DNA from: an uncultured bacterium | Lineage (GTDB): Bacteria; SAR324; NAC60-12 | Direction: 5' to 3' | Length of the DNA stretch: 37,053 nucleotides | Assembly: GCA_965662235.1 (NCBI GenBank) | Contig: CBFIGY010000031.1 | Coordinates: forward strand, 1-37,053 | Shown: positions 1-7,828 of the stretch, piece by piece | Numbering within the stretch: position 1 is the first letter of the stretch | Layout: each line of letters begins with the position of its first letter | The notes under the pieces: model-generated | The model's database searches: none | Seen by the model: the letters and a program-made list of their open reading frames with translations, nothing else | What the model was told of the DNA's origin: nothing | Translations under genes and position numbers: made by a program

Positions 1-155
1 AGATCGTTGTTGCTGATGATGAGGTCTCGAAAGCGGTGGACGCTATTCAGACGGCTGCCCAGACCGGACGCATCGGAGATGGAAAGATCTTTGTCATCAA
101 CCTTGATGAAGCCATCCGGATCCGAACCGGCGAAACCGGAGAAAAGGCTCTCTGA
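1..155 (+). CDS. glnB: P-II family nitrogen regulator, C-terminal part (5'-truncated by the window edge)
   Basis: Not in the ORF track. The frame from nt 3 reads [50 protein letters not shown] (TGA at 153-155). TGxIGDGKIF and RIRTGE are P-II signatures. glnB and glnK cannot be distinguished. Confidence 0.95.
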   Translation, partial: IVVADDEVSKAVDAIQTAAQTGRIGDGKIFVINLDEAIRIRTGETGEKAL

Positions 156-163
156 TTCCTGTT

Positions 164-189
164 GCGTCCGAGGCACCTGTTTCGGACGC
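164..189 (+). terminator. Stem-loop after the P-II gene, probable intrinsic terminator
   Basis: GCGTCCGAGG...TTTCGGACGC inverted repeat 8 nt after the stop codon, in a gap between convergent genes. The U-tract is weak. Confidence 0.5.
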
Positions 190-370
190 TTCCCCCTCTC
201 AGTCCCTCCCTGTTTTTCAACCCCCCAAGAAAAAACAACCTCTCAGAATCGCCATAAACTAATTTTGAGGCGTTAATGAAAGGCATTCTCCACGCAACCG
301 CTAAATATCCCTCATCAGCTTTCTCGCGCCCTATAGAAGCATTCTGTAAATCTGATCAAAGAGTGAGCGA

Positions 371-559
371 TTAGCGAGCGGAAGGTGGGGCCTTTGGTTT
401 TGGTTTTTGCTCAAAACTAAGGCAGGGTTGTCCGGAGACCTGGAGGATGTACTGGGCCGGCTCCACACGACTCTTAAAATTGAGCTTGCGGCAGCCGTAA
501 GGTTGGTTGGGATCCCAAGTAACTTGGTAAAAGCGGCAGTTGATGCAACGATGACTCAT
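371..559 (-). CDS. Small 4-Cys protein, putative metal-binding, function unknown
   Basis: 62 aa with CxxC...VTWD...PYGC...FKS...SG.PC..F. Starts 2 nt after the stop of the receiver gene. Confidence 0.75.
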   Translation of the reverse strand: MSHRCINCRFYQVTWDPNQPYGCRKLNFKSRVEPAQYILQVSGQPCLSFEQKPKPKAPPSAR

Positions 560-561
560 CT

Positions 562-945
562 TTAGCCTTTCGGCATGACCTGTTCCAGAACTTTGGACAG
601 AGCAAAAGCATCAAATGGCTTGACGATGTGCCCGCTCATTTTCAATTGCTCCCCTTCCATGAGAACGGACTCAAAGGCTTCCATCATCATCAACACGACT
701 GGAAGTTCCTTATGACCAGCCCCCCGGATGTCTCGCAGCAGGTCGAGCCCGGTTTTTTCTGGCATGTGGGTGTCGGCGAGCACGAGGTTCACGGACTGAC
801 CGGAGTTGATGAAGGTCATGGCCTCCTCCACGGAGCCTGCTTCTTGGCACTCGAATCCCAGCTCCTTCAGGGTCAGGCTCATGAACCGACGGGCCGTGGC
901 GAAGTCATCGACGATGAGGGCAAGTTGTCCAGCGTATTTTGACAT
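562..945 (-). CDS. Single-domain CheY-like response regulator
   Basis: LIVDDFATARR, LVLADTHMP (phosphoacceptor Asp) and IVKPF. The usual beta4 Thr/Ser is replaced (PVVLMMME). Confidence 0.9.
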   Translation of the reverse strand: MSKYAGQLALIVDDFATARRFMSLTLKELGFECQEAGSVEEAMTFINSGQSVNLVLADTHMPEKTGLDLLRDIRGAGHKELPVVLMMMEAFESVLMEGEQLKMSGHIVKPFDAFALSKVLEQVMPKG

Positions 946-970
946 ATTTACATAATATCAGTGTTTATGT

Positions 971-2317
971 TCAAGAATTCCTGGAGGGCAGTTCGGGAGC
1001 CAGGTTCTCGAATTGAAAGTGCCGTGTTCCTTGGGAGTAGGGACCAACGGTGTGCCCCTGACCGTAAAGACGGTATTTGTAGATGACGAGCCCCTCCAAA
1101 CCCACGGGTCCTCGGGCGTGGGTCCGGGCGGTGCTGACTCCGACTTCGGCTCCGAAGCCGTAGCGGAACCCATCTGCAAAACGAGTGGACGCATTCCAAA
1201 AAACCCCTGCTGAATCAACCGTTTCCATGAACCACTTAGCCGTCTCTGCGTTTTCCGTCACAATCGCATCCGTATGGGCGGAACCATATTGATGAATGTG
1301 GGCGACGGCCGCATCTCCGGACGCTACGGTTTTGATGGAGAGAATCAGGTCCGTGTACTCAGTGGCCCAGTCCTCTTCTGTCGCCGCTTGCAGCTGCAGT
1401 TCGCTGGAGGCCAATCGTTGTCGTGTGAGAGGACAGCAGCGCAGCTCGACGCCACGTGCCTGGAGCTCCTGAAGCAAAGACACCAAAGCGGAATCAGGGA
1501 ACTGCTCGTGGACCAGCAGGGTCTCCATGGCGTTGCAGACCGCGGGATAGTCCGTTTTAGAATCGACGACAATCTCAAAAGCTTTGGTCGCATCAGCGTC
1601 TCGATCCAAGTAGACGTGGCAGATGCCATCCGCATGCCCCATGACCGGAACCTGAGCGTTCTCCTGAATGTACTGAACCAGTTGATTGCTTCCTCTCGGG
1701 ATGATGAGGTCCAGCTCATCACTCATCCGGACCATCTGGCTGACCTCATCTCGGCTTTCAATCAGGCTGACCGCCTCTGTTGGAACATGCGGGGACGCTT
1801 CCAGGACCTCATGGATCAGCGACGCGAGAAGCCGGTTGGTGTGTTGAGCTTCCTTTCCCCCTTTGAGAATGACCGCGTTCCCAGACTTCAGCGCCAACGC
1901 AGAGATCTGCGTGACGACATCCGGACGTGACTCAAAGATCACCAGAATGACTCCAATCGGACAACTGACGCGATACAGGTTCAGGCCCTGATCCAGCTGA
2001 CGAGCCATCTGCACCTGCCCAACAGGATCCGGAAGAGCGCCAACCTGTTCCACACTCTGCGCCATTTGCTCAATCTTCCCTTCGGAAAGCGCCACCCGTG
2101 CAGCAGCACTTCCACTCAGCTCTCCACGCTCGCGGAGTTCTTGGGCAACCGCGACATCCTTCGCATTGGCTTCCAAAAGGGGAGCAACGTTTGCCCGTAA
2201 GGTCGAAGCGATGGTCTGAAGAACCTCATTCTTCAGCTCGGTTGACACTTGGGCGAGTTGCTGTGCGGATCGACGTGCCTCGCGCGCCTGGTTCCTTAAC
2301 GTTTCCGTGACATTCAT
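971..2317 (-). CDS. proA: Gamma-glutamyl phosphate reductase
   Basis: PIGVILVIFESRP, LKSGNAVILKGGKEA, YPAVCNAMETLL (catalytic Cys), NASTRFADGFRYGFGAEVG and HARGPVGLEGL. Confidence 0.97.
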   Translation of the reverse strand: MNVTETLRNQAREARRSAQQLAQVSTELKNEVLQTIASTLRANVAPLLEANAKDVAVAQELRERGELSGSAAARVALSEGKIEQMAQSVEQVGALPDPVGQVQMARQLDQGLNLYRVSCPIGVILVIFESRPDVVTQISALALKSGNAVILKGGKEAQHTNRLLASLIHEVLEASPHVPTEAVSLIESRDEVSQMVRMSDELDLIIPRGSNQLVQYIQENAQVPVMGHADGICHVYLDRDADATKAFEIVVDSKTDYPAVCNAMETLLVHEQFPDSALVSLLQELQARGVELRCCPLTRQRLASSELQLQAATEEDWATEYTDLILSIKTVASGDAAVAHIHQYGSAHTDAIVTENAETAKWFMETVDSAGVFWNASTRFADGFRYGFGAEVGVSTARTHARGPVGLEGLVIYKYRLYGQGHTVGPYSQGTRHFQFENLAPELPSRNS

Positions 2318-2394
2318 GTTGCGGGTTTCCTTTCAAAAAAGGAAATCATTTCAGGATTTTCAGAAAATACAATGCAAAATAACCGCTTGCGGAC

Positions 2395-3453
2395 TTACGG
2401 GGTCGGAGACGCGTGCCGTAGCTCCTGCAAGGCGGCCTTCATCATGGTCAATGTGGGATCCACCTGATCCGCAGTAAACATCAGGTGCGTGACCACCCGA
2501 ATGGTGTGAGGTCCGGTCGCCATGACCGCAACGCCCTTTTCTGCCAGCAGAGCCTGGAAGGTCTGGGCTGAAAAAGGCTCTAGGTTCAGGTAGAACATGT
2601 TGGTCTGCAGGGTCTCCCAGTTGATGGACACACCGTCGACTTCTGCCAAGCCCGTCGCAAGTGCCCGTGCGTGTGCATGATCGTCAGCCAAACGTGCTCG
2701 GTGGTGCTTCAAGGCATAGAGCGCTGCTGCCGCCAGGAATCCCGCCTGCCGCATTCCGCCACCGTACTGCTTTCGGAACCGACGTGCTCGATCAATGAAT
2801 TTCTTAGAACCTGCTAGAGCTGATCCGACTGGAGCTCCTAATCCTTTGGAAAAACAGACACTCACCGAGGCAAACCCCTGCACCAAACGCGCTTCGGGTT
2901 GCTGCTGGGCGATCGCGGCGTTCCATAAACGAGCCCCATCCATGTGCAGCTTCAGGCCTCGCTCCTGACAAAATGCAACTAGGGCATCCAACTGTTCAAG
3001 AGGCCAGCAGGTTCCTCCACCTCGGTTGCTGGTGTTCTCCACACAGACCAGCTTTGAGGTTGGAAAGTGAATGTCCGGTGGCCGAAGGTACTGCGCCAGC
3101 ACTTCTGGAGTGAAGACACCCCCTTCATTGGGAAGCAAGCGACACATCACTCCGGCCAGGGCCGCGGGGGCACCAGCTTCATAAAAGTAGATGTGCGCAT
3201 TGTCAGCCAGCAGGATCTCATCCCCGGGTTCCGTGTGGGCACGCACCGCGACCTGGTTGGTCATGGTTCCGGAAGGCATGAAGACTGCGGCCTCCATGCC
3301 CATCAAACGAGCGGTTTCTGCTTCCAACTCCTTGACGCTGGGATCATCTCCCAAAACATCATCTCCCACCGTAGCCGTCATCATGGCCTGAAGCATGCCA
3401 CTGGTGGGCTGAGTAATGGTGTCGCTTCTGAGATCAATTAAATTATTTGACAT
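2395..3453 (-). CDS. ltaE: Low-specificity L-threonine aldolase (PLP)
   Basis: IDLRSDT, VGDDV, FMPSGTMTNQ, HMDGARLWNA, CFSKGLGAPVGS (PLP Lys) and GGGMRQAG. Start placed at the ATG at 3453 (MSNNLIDLRSD) by family alignment; the ORF track starts at 3483. Confidence 0.93.
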   Translation of the reverse strand: MSNNLIDLRSDTITQPTSGMLQAMMTATVGDDVLGDDPSVKELEAETARLMGMEAAVFMPSGTMTNQVAVRAHTEPGDEILLADNAHIYFYEAGAPAALAGVMCRLLPNEGGVFTPEVLAQYLRPPDIHFPTSKLVCVENTSNRGGGTCWPLEQLDALVAFCQERGLKLHMDGARLWNAAIAQQQPEARLVQGFASVSVCFSKGLGAPVGSALAGSKKFIDRARRFRKQYGGGMRQAGFLAAAALYALKHHRARLADDHAHARALATGLAEVDGVSINWETLQTNMFYLNLEPFSAQTFQALLAEKGVAVMATGPHTIRVVTHLMFTADQVDPTLTMMKAALQELRHASPTP

Positions 3454-3472
3454 AATATGTATTATATATTCT
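3445..3472 (-). other. dif-like XerC/XerD recombination site
   Basis: The minus strand reads AGAATATATAA-TACATA-TTATGTCAAAT, an 11-6-11 layout with inner ATAA/TTAT symmetry. The XerD arm matches E. coli dif TTATGTTAAAT at 10/11. Confidence 0.7.
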
Positions 3473-3737
3473 TTCTTTGTCATTTTCCGGACAGAGACTT
3501 CCTGATTGAGATTGGTTCTCCCCCTGGCTCCATCAGCTGGAACGTCTGTGGAACTCCAACCTTGCTCTTCTAATCGGCTTTACTCAGAAGCCGGACACCT
3601 CGCGAGAAAACCAGAGCGTCTCGCAGACAGCCTTTTTCAGCGGGCTCCTGCAACCTCTCTCAGAAAATCACTTTCCCGAGAGCAGAGAAAGGTGATACCA
3701 CTTGAAAATAAGTTTTCTTGGGGGTGAATTTTAATTA

Positions 3738-3765
3738 AATTAACATAATATTAATTAAAATATTA
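3738..3765 (-). other. Second dif-like site (good XerD arm, degenerate XerC arm)
   Basis: The minus strand reads TAATATTTTAA-TTAATA-TTATGTTAATT. The XerD arm matches TTATGTTAAAT at 10/11. Same orientation as the site at 3445. Confidence 0.45.
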
Positions 3766-3805
3766 GTCTGCAAATCAAGAGCACTTCATTTTATTCTTTT
3801 AAAAA

Positions 3806-6079
3806 TCAAGCGTGTAGCTGCTTCCAGAGAGTCGTGGGCCGGATGGGCAACTGAGTCGAGCGAACCTGAACTGCTTGATAGACCGCATTTGCGATCGCGG
3901 CTCCTCCGGGAACAATCGGCGGCTCTCCGACCCCTCGGATCCCCAGAGGTCCATGAGGAGAAGGGTTTTCCAGCAACATGACTTCGACAGCCACACCATT
4001 GTCCGCTCGGGGCAAGGCGTAATCCAGAAAAGTTGCGGCCTGCAGCTGACCTTGAGCATCATAGGGCATTTCTTCCCAGAGCCCCCAACCAAGCCCCTGA
4101 AGCACTCCCCCTTGAATCTGCCCTTCCACAAGCAGCGGGTTGAGCGCCCGTCCCACATCCTGAATCGCCAGGTACTGCTTCGGAGTGACCACCCCCGTTT
4201 CAGGATCCACATGCACCTTGACCGCATGGACCGCGACCCCAGGGGCATTTTCCGGGACCGAGTTGCTGGACGTCGCAATCACCGGACCGGCACCGCCCTT
4301 ACGGGACTCCGCACGTTTCGCCAGCTGCGCATACGACACTCGCTGAGTCGGCAACCCGTTCACGTGCACAGTTCCGTCTTCAAAAACAAGGTCCTCCTCA
4401 GCTGCCTCGAAGTGCTCTGCCGCCAATTTCGCCAGCTGCTTCCGGACCTCCTGGGCAGAGGCACTGACGGCTCCGGAGACACTATACGTCACCTGACTTC
4501 CTCCGCTCGGCGGCGAAACAGGTCCGGTTCGAGAATCCACCTGCACAATTTCCACCTTTGCCGGATCCACCGAAAGGATCTCAGCTGCAACCAGCACCAG
4601 GCTGCTATTCACTCCAGACACGTCTGCAGAACCGACCTGCACCTGCACGGTGCCATCTGGAATCATGCGGCAGACGGCAGAAGCCGGCCCTACGGCGCAG
4701 GGCCAGACACCGAGTGCCAAGCCCCAGGCTTCGTTTTCTTCAGTGGTCCGAGACGTCCAAGTAGGGTGGTCCTTCAGAGCCTGCAGGCTTTCTTTGATGC
4801 TCAGGCTCGGCCACGGCTGTCCGTTGACCATCGGGTCCCCAGTTTCCGAAGCATTTTGCAGTCGAAACTCCAGAGGATCCATTCCCAGCTCTCGGGCAAG
4901 GTCATCCATGTGAGACTCCAGCGCAAAGCAAGCGGTCTGTGCGGTAGGCGCCCGGTACGGTCCTGCCATCGGCTTGTGCGTGACGACCTCCTGACAGTGG
5001 ATCTTCAGGTTGGGCACCTGATACGCGCCTCCCAGCAGCAAGGCCAGCAAAGCACTCCACCAGGCCGCTGCATAAGCCCCATTGTCCACATCGACCTTGG
5101 CTTCCAGCGCCTTCAGCGCTCCAGAGCGATCGACTCCCATCTTCAGCCACACCTCACAAGCGGGCGCCGGCATGGTGGTCATGAAGTCTTCAGTCCGGGA
5201 CAGCTCTAAGCGAATGGGCGCCTGCAGCTGCAAGGCGATCGCAGCAGCCAGGGGTTCCATCAGACCATGCTTGCCGCCGAACCCACCTCCCAACGTCATC
5301 GGGTGCACACGCAGCTGCGAAGACGGAAGATCCAGAAGCCGGGAGACGTCCTCATGGACCGTCCGGGGAGCCTGCGTGCCGGTATAAATCGTCAAGCCCC
5401 CCATGGGTTCGGGAATCGCGACACAGGCCTGCGGTTCCAGGTACCCCTGATGCACAATTCCCGTTCGGTAGGTTCGCTCCAGCACCACCTCCGACTGCGC
5501 AAACCCTTCTGCTAGGTTGCCTCGTTCAAAGTCATTTTGTGAGTGCACATTCGGCGGCAGGGCCTGCGGATCAGCTCCTGAAAGTTCCACCGCGGCATGG
5601 TCACCACTGACGTTGGACTCATCGCGCGGGATGCCCTGTGGCCACACCAACGGCGCTCCAGGCGCCAAGGCGGTTGCCAGATCCGGAACCACGGGCAAAG
5701 GCTCATACTCCACGCCAAGCAGAGGAATCGCATCCCAAGCGGCTTCTGCTGAGTCGGCCACCACGGCCACCACGGGGTGCCCTTCAAACATCACCTCTCC
5801 GCGTGCCAGCAGAGCGCCCACGCGAGAAGCCGCGGTCTTGTTCCAGTGAGTCAGCTGATCGGCCGTCAGCACGGCCTTCACCCCCGGAACCTGCTCTGCA
5901 GCAGCGGTGTCCATCTGGACAATTCGGGCATGAGCATGGGGGCTGAGCAGCAACCGCACGTGCAGCATTCCGGCCATCTGCAGGTCTCCAATGTAGCGGG
6001 CCTGACCGGTCAGTTTTTCCTGCGCGTCAATGATGCCGCGGGGCTTGCCAATGTACTTAAAGGAAGTGGGCTGAGACAT
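3806..6079 (-). CDS. Xanthine dehydrogenase/CoxL-family molybdopterin-binding subunit
   Basis: LTGQARYIGD, SPHAHARI, HQGYLEP, GGGFGGK, GPYRAP, VEGQIQGGVLQGLG, FLDY and RGVGEPP (catalytic Glu). It lacks the CO dehydrogenase loops AYxCSFR and AYxGAGR. Confidence 0.93.
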   Translation of the reverse strand: MSQPTSFKYIGKPRGIIDAQEKLTGQARYIGDLQMAGMLHVRLLLSPHAHARIVQMDTAAAEQVPGVKAVLTADQLTHWNKTAASRVGALLARGEVMFEGHPVVAVVADSAEAAWDAIPLLGVEYEPLPVVPDLATALAPGAPLVWPQGIPRDESNVSGDHAAVELSGADPQALPPNVHSQNDFERGNLAEGFAQSEVVLERTYRTGIVHQGYLEPQACVAIPEPMGGLTIYTGTQAPRTVHEDVSRLLDLPSSQLRVHPMTLGGGFGGKHGLMEPLAAAIALQLQAPIRLELSRTEDFMTTMPAPACEVWLKMGVDRSGALKALEAKVDVDNGAYAAAWWSALLALLLGGAYQVPNLKIHCQEVVTHKPMAGPYRAPTAQTACFALESHMDDLARELGMDPLEFRLQNASETGDPMVNGQPWPSLSIKESLQALKDHPTWTSRTTEENEAWGLALGVWPCAVGPASAVCRMIPDGTVQVQVGSADVSGVNSSLVLVAAEILSVDPAKVEIVQVDSRTGPVSPPSGGSQVTYSVSGAVSASAQEVRKQLAKLAAEHFEAAEEDLVFEDGTVHVNGLPTQRVSYAQLAKRAESRKGGAGPVIATSSNSVPENAPGVAVHAVKVHVDPETGVVTPKQYLAIQDVGRALNPLLVEGQIQGGVLQGLGWGLWEEMPYDAQGQLQAATFLDYALPRADNGVAVEVMLLENPSPHGPLGIRGVGEPPIVPGGAAIANAVYQAVQVRSTQLPIRPTTLWKQLHA

Positions 6080-6112
6080 AACGTTTTCTGAATGGAGTGA
6101 TGCTAGTGGTCC

Positions 6113-7804
6113 TTACACCGGCTCCAGCGCCCGGCCGAGCGCCCGCAGGACCACGGTAAAGTCGGTCTCACAGCCGGCAGCCACCCGGATCAGGTGCCGC
6201 GTTGCGCACAGCTGCTCCACCAGTTCCAGCGGCGCATGGTAGTGCGCCAGCAGCGGGTAAGGACACAAAATGGTACGGTTGGACCCCAAAGTGGGCCCCT
6301 TTCCAATGGGATGAAGGTCCGCATCGTAAAATCGCTGAACCGCCTCAAGGCTGTCGTCCACTAAGCGAAAACTCACCACACTCCCTGCTCCCACCAGGGG
6401 AGAATGATGAGGGGGAGCATCCGGAACTTCAGGGTGAAAGACCTCTGCCACCTTCGGGTGACGGGTCAGGTAGTCGACCAAGATGCGTCCGTTGCGGTTG
6501 AAGCGTTCCATCCGTTCCGGGAAGTCCTGCAGCCGTTGCCACAGCACCCGCGCCTCCGCCTCGCTCATGCGCAGACTCAGAAGGTTCTGCTGACGCTGCA
6601 GACGGTCGGCCAGCCCCCGGTCACTGAGCGCCAACACCCCGCCGCGGTGATCGTTTTGTCCGTTCAGGTACTTGGCGGTGCTGTGAATCACAGCGGTGGC
6701 GCCAATGACCAGCGGATTGAGATTGAACGGCGTTGCCAAGGTGTTGTCCACCACCAACGGAACCCCGCGGAGGTGAGCATTGGCTGCAATCAGAGGCAGG
6801 TCCGGAACCTCCCCCAGCGGATTGGTGATGCTTTCAGTGAAGACAAACGCGGTCTCTTCCGTCAGCACCTCCACCAAGTGGTCCTGCTCGGCCACATCCA
6901 GAAAATCAACTCGGGTGCCTTCAGGCCGGAAGCGCGGATGCGTTAGCAGGGTGTAGGTGTCGGTGTACATGCCTCCAATCACCACCACATGCTGCGGACG
7001 CTGGCGGAGTAGTTCATCAAACAGCACCGCGCAGGCACTCATTCCCGAGGGGTAAAGCTGCACTGCAGTGGCCGCTTCCTGCTCCCGGAACCATTCCTCC
7101 ACTCGACTCCGAACCTCGCTCCGCTCCCCGTCCCCAATGGAGCGAGGAGAGAGAATGGGACCTCGGCGCTTACGGCGTTCCAGAAACTCCTCAAACTGTT
7201 CTGAGTCGTCCAGAATCAAGGCGCCTCCTGCTGTCTCTCCCAGCGCACATACCCAGGGCGCACTCCGGAGCTTCCGCGGGATGGACTGTGGCACGTCCGG
7301 ACTCCACACCAGCAGCGGCAGGCGTCCTGGGAGGGAGTGCCAGAGAATGGTCATCATCCGATCCACCTCCGGAGTTTCCCGGAGCACAACCACCAGCGAA
7401 CACAGGGGCAGCTTTGCCGGAACCTCGCAGGGCAGCCGTTTCCAGGGCAGCTGCCGGGCATCCAGAAGAGCGGTCACCCGAGCCAGGTCCGGATGTTCAG
7501 CGCCCGCCAGCACCAGCACCGGGTGATGCGGAGGAAGCGCAAACGTCCCCAGTAGCCACTCATGAAGCGCCGCCTCTTGGGACACGTAGCAGAGGGCGTG
7601 GGCGCTTCCGGAGGCCTCACAGAGCTCCTGCTGCAGCGCCTTCACACGAGGAGGATCCACCATCCGGTAGTAGCCATGACGCAGGGCCACTCGCTTTTCC
7701 TGCCACTCCTGAATCAAGGCGAAGCGGGGAATTTCCGCCGTGACTCCAAACTCCCCATCAATCGGGAGGTTACCTTCCAGCAGTTGCGCTTCAGTGAGGG
7801 GCAT
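6113..7804 (-). CDS. PLP-dependent Cys/Met-metabolism enzyme, long Str2-like cystathionine gamma-synthase type
   Basis: YPSGMSA, FTESITNPLG, VVDNTLATP and HSTAKYLNG (PLP Lys). KGPTLGSNRTILCPYPLLAHY and the N-terminal GYYRM resemble the GPSLG..PY..LAHY and GYPRF motifs of fungal Str2. There is an N-terminal extension of about 220 aa. Confidence 0.82.
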   Translation of the reverse strand: MPLTEAQLLEGNLPIDGEFGVTAEIPRFALIQEWQEKRVALRHGYYRMVDPPRVKALQQELCEASGSAHALCYVSQEAALHEWLLGTFALPPHHPVLVLAGAEHPDLARVTALLDARQLPWKRLPCEVPAKLPLCSLVVVLRETPEVDRMMTILWHSLPGRLPLLVWSPDVPQSIPRKLRSAPWVCALGETAGGALILDDSEQFEEFLERRKRRGPILSPRSIGDGERSEVRSRVEEWFREQEAATAVQLYPSGMSACAVLFDELLRQRPQHVVVIGGMYTDTYTLLTHPRFRPEGTRVDFLDVAEQDHLVEVLTEETAFVFTESITNPLGEVPDLPLIAANAHLRGVPLVVDNTLATPFNLNPLVIGATAVIHSTAKYLNGQNDHRGGVLALSDRGLADRLQRQQNLLSLRMSEAEARVLWQRLQDFPERMERFNRNGRILVDYLTRHPKVAEVFHPEVPDAPPHHSPLVGAGSVVSFRLVDDSLEAVQRFYDADLHPIGKGPTLGSNRTILCPYPLLAHYHAPLELVEQLCATRHLIRVAAGCETDFTVVLRALGRALEPV

Positions 7805-7828
7805 GACGGGATCACTCCAAAAGAAAGT

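Noticed and set aside
216..250. Short similarities to 3651-3728 (CCCCCAAGAAAA, CAACCTCTC..AGAA), and CCAACCGATCTCC shared by 13338-13350 and the minus strand near 23234-23246
   Set aside because: Too short or low-complexity, with inconsistent relative orientation, to call a repeat family without a genome-wide count.
371..559. Uracil-DNA glycosylase label, which I recall being attached to similar small proteins
   Set aside because: 62 aa is far too short and no UDG catalytic motifs are present.
3484..3727. Glycine, lysine or fluoride riboswitch upstream of ltaE; ORF 3506..3727
   Set aside because: Core consensus elements (GCCGAAG...CUCUCAGG, the fluoride pseudoknot) are absent. The ORF has a TTG start and no recognisable features.
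3806..6079. Aerobic CO dehydrogenase CoxL
   Set aside because: Lacks both AYxCSFR (form I) and AYxGAGR (form II).
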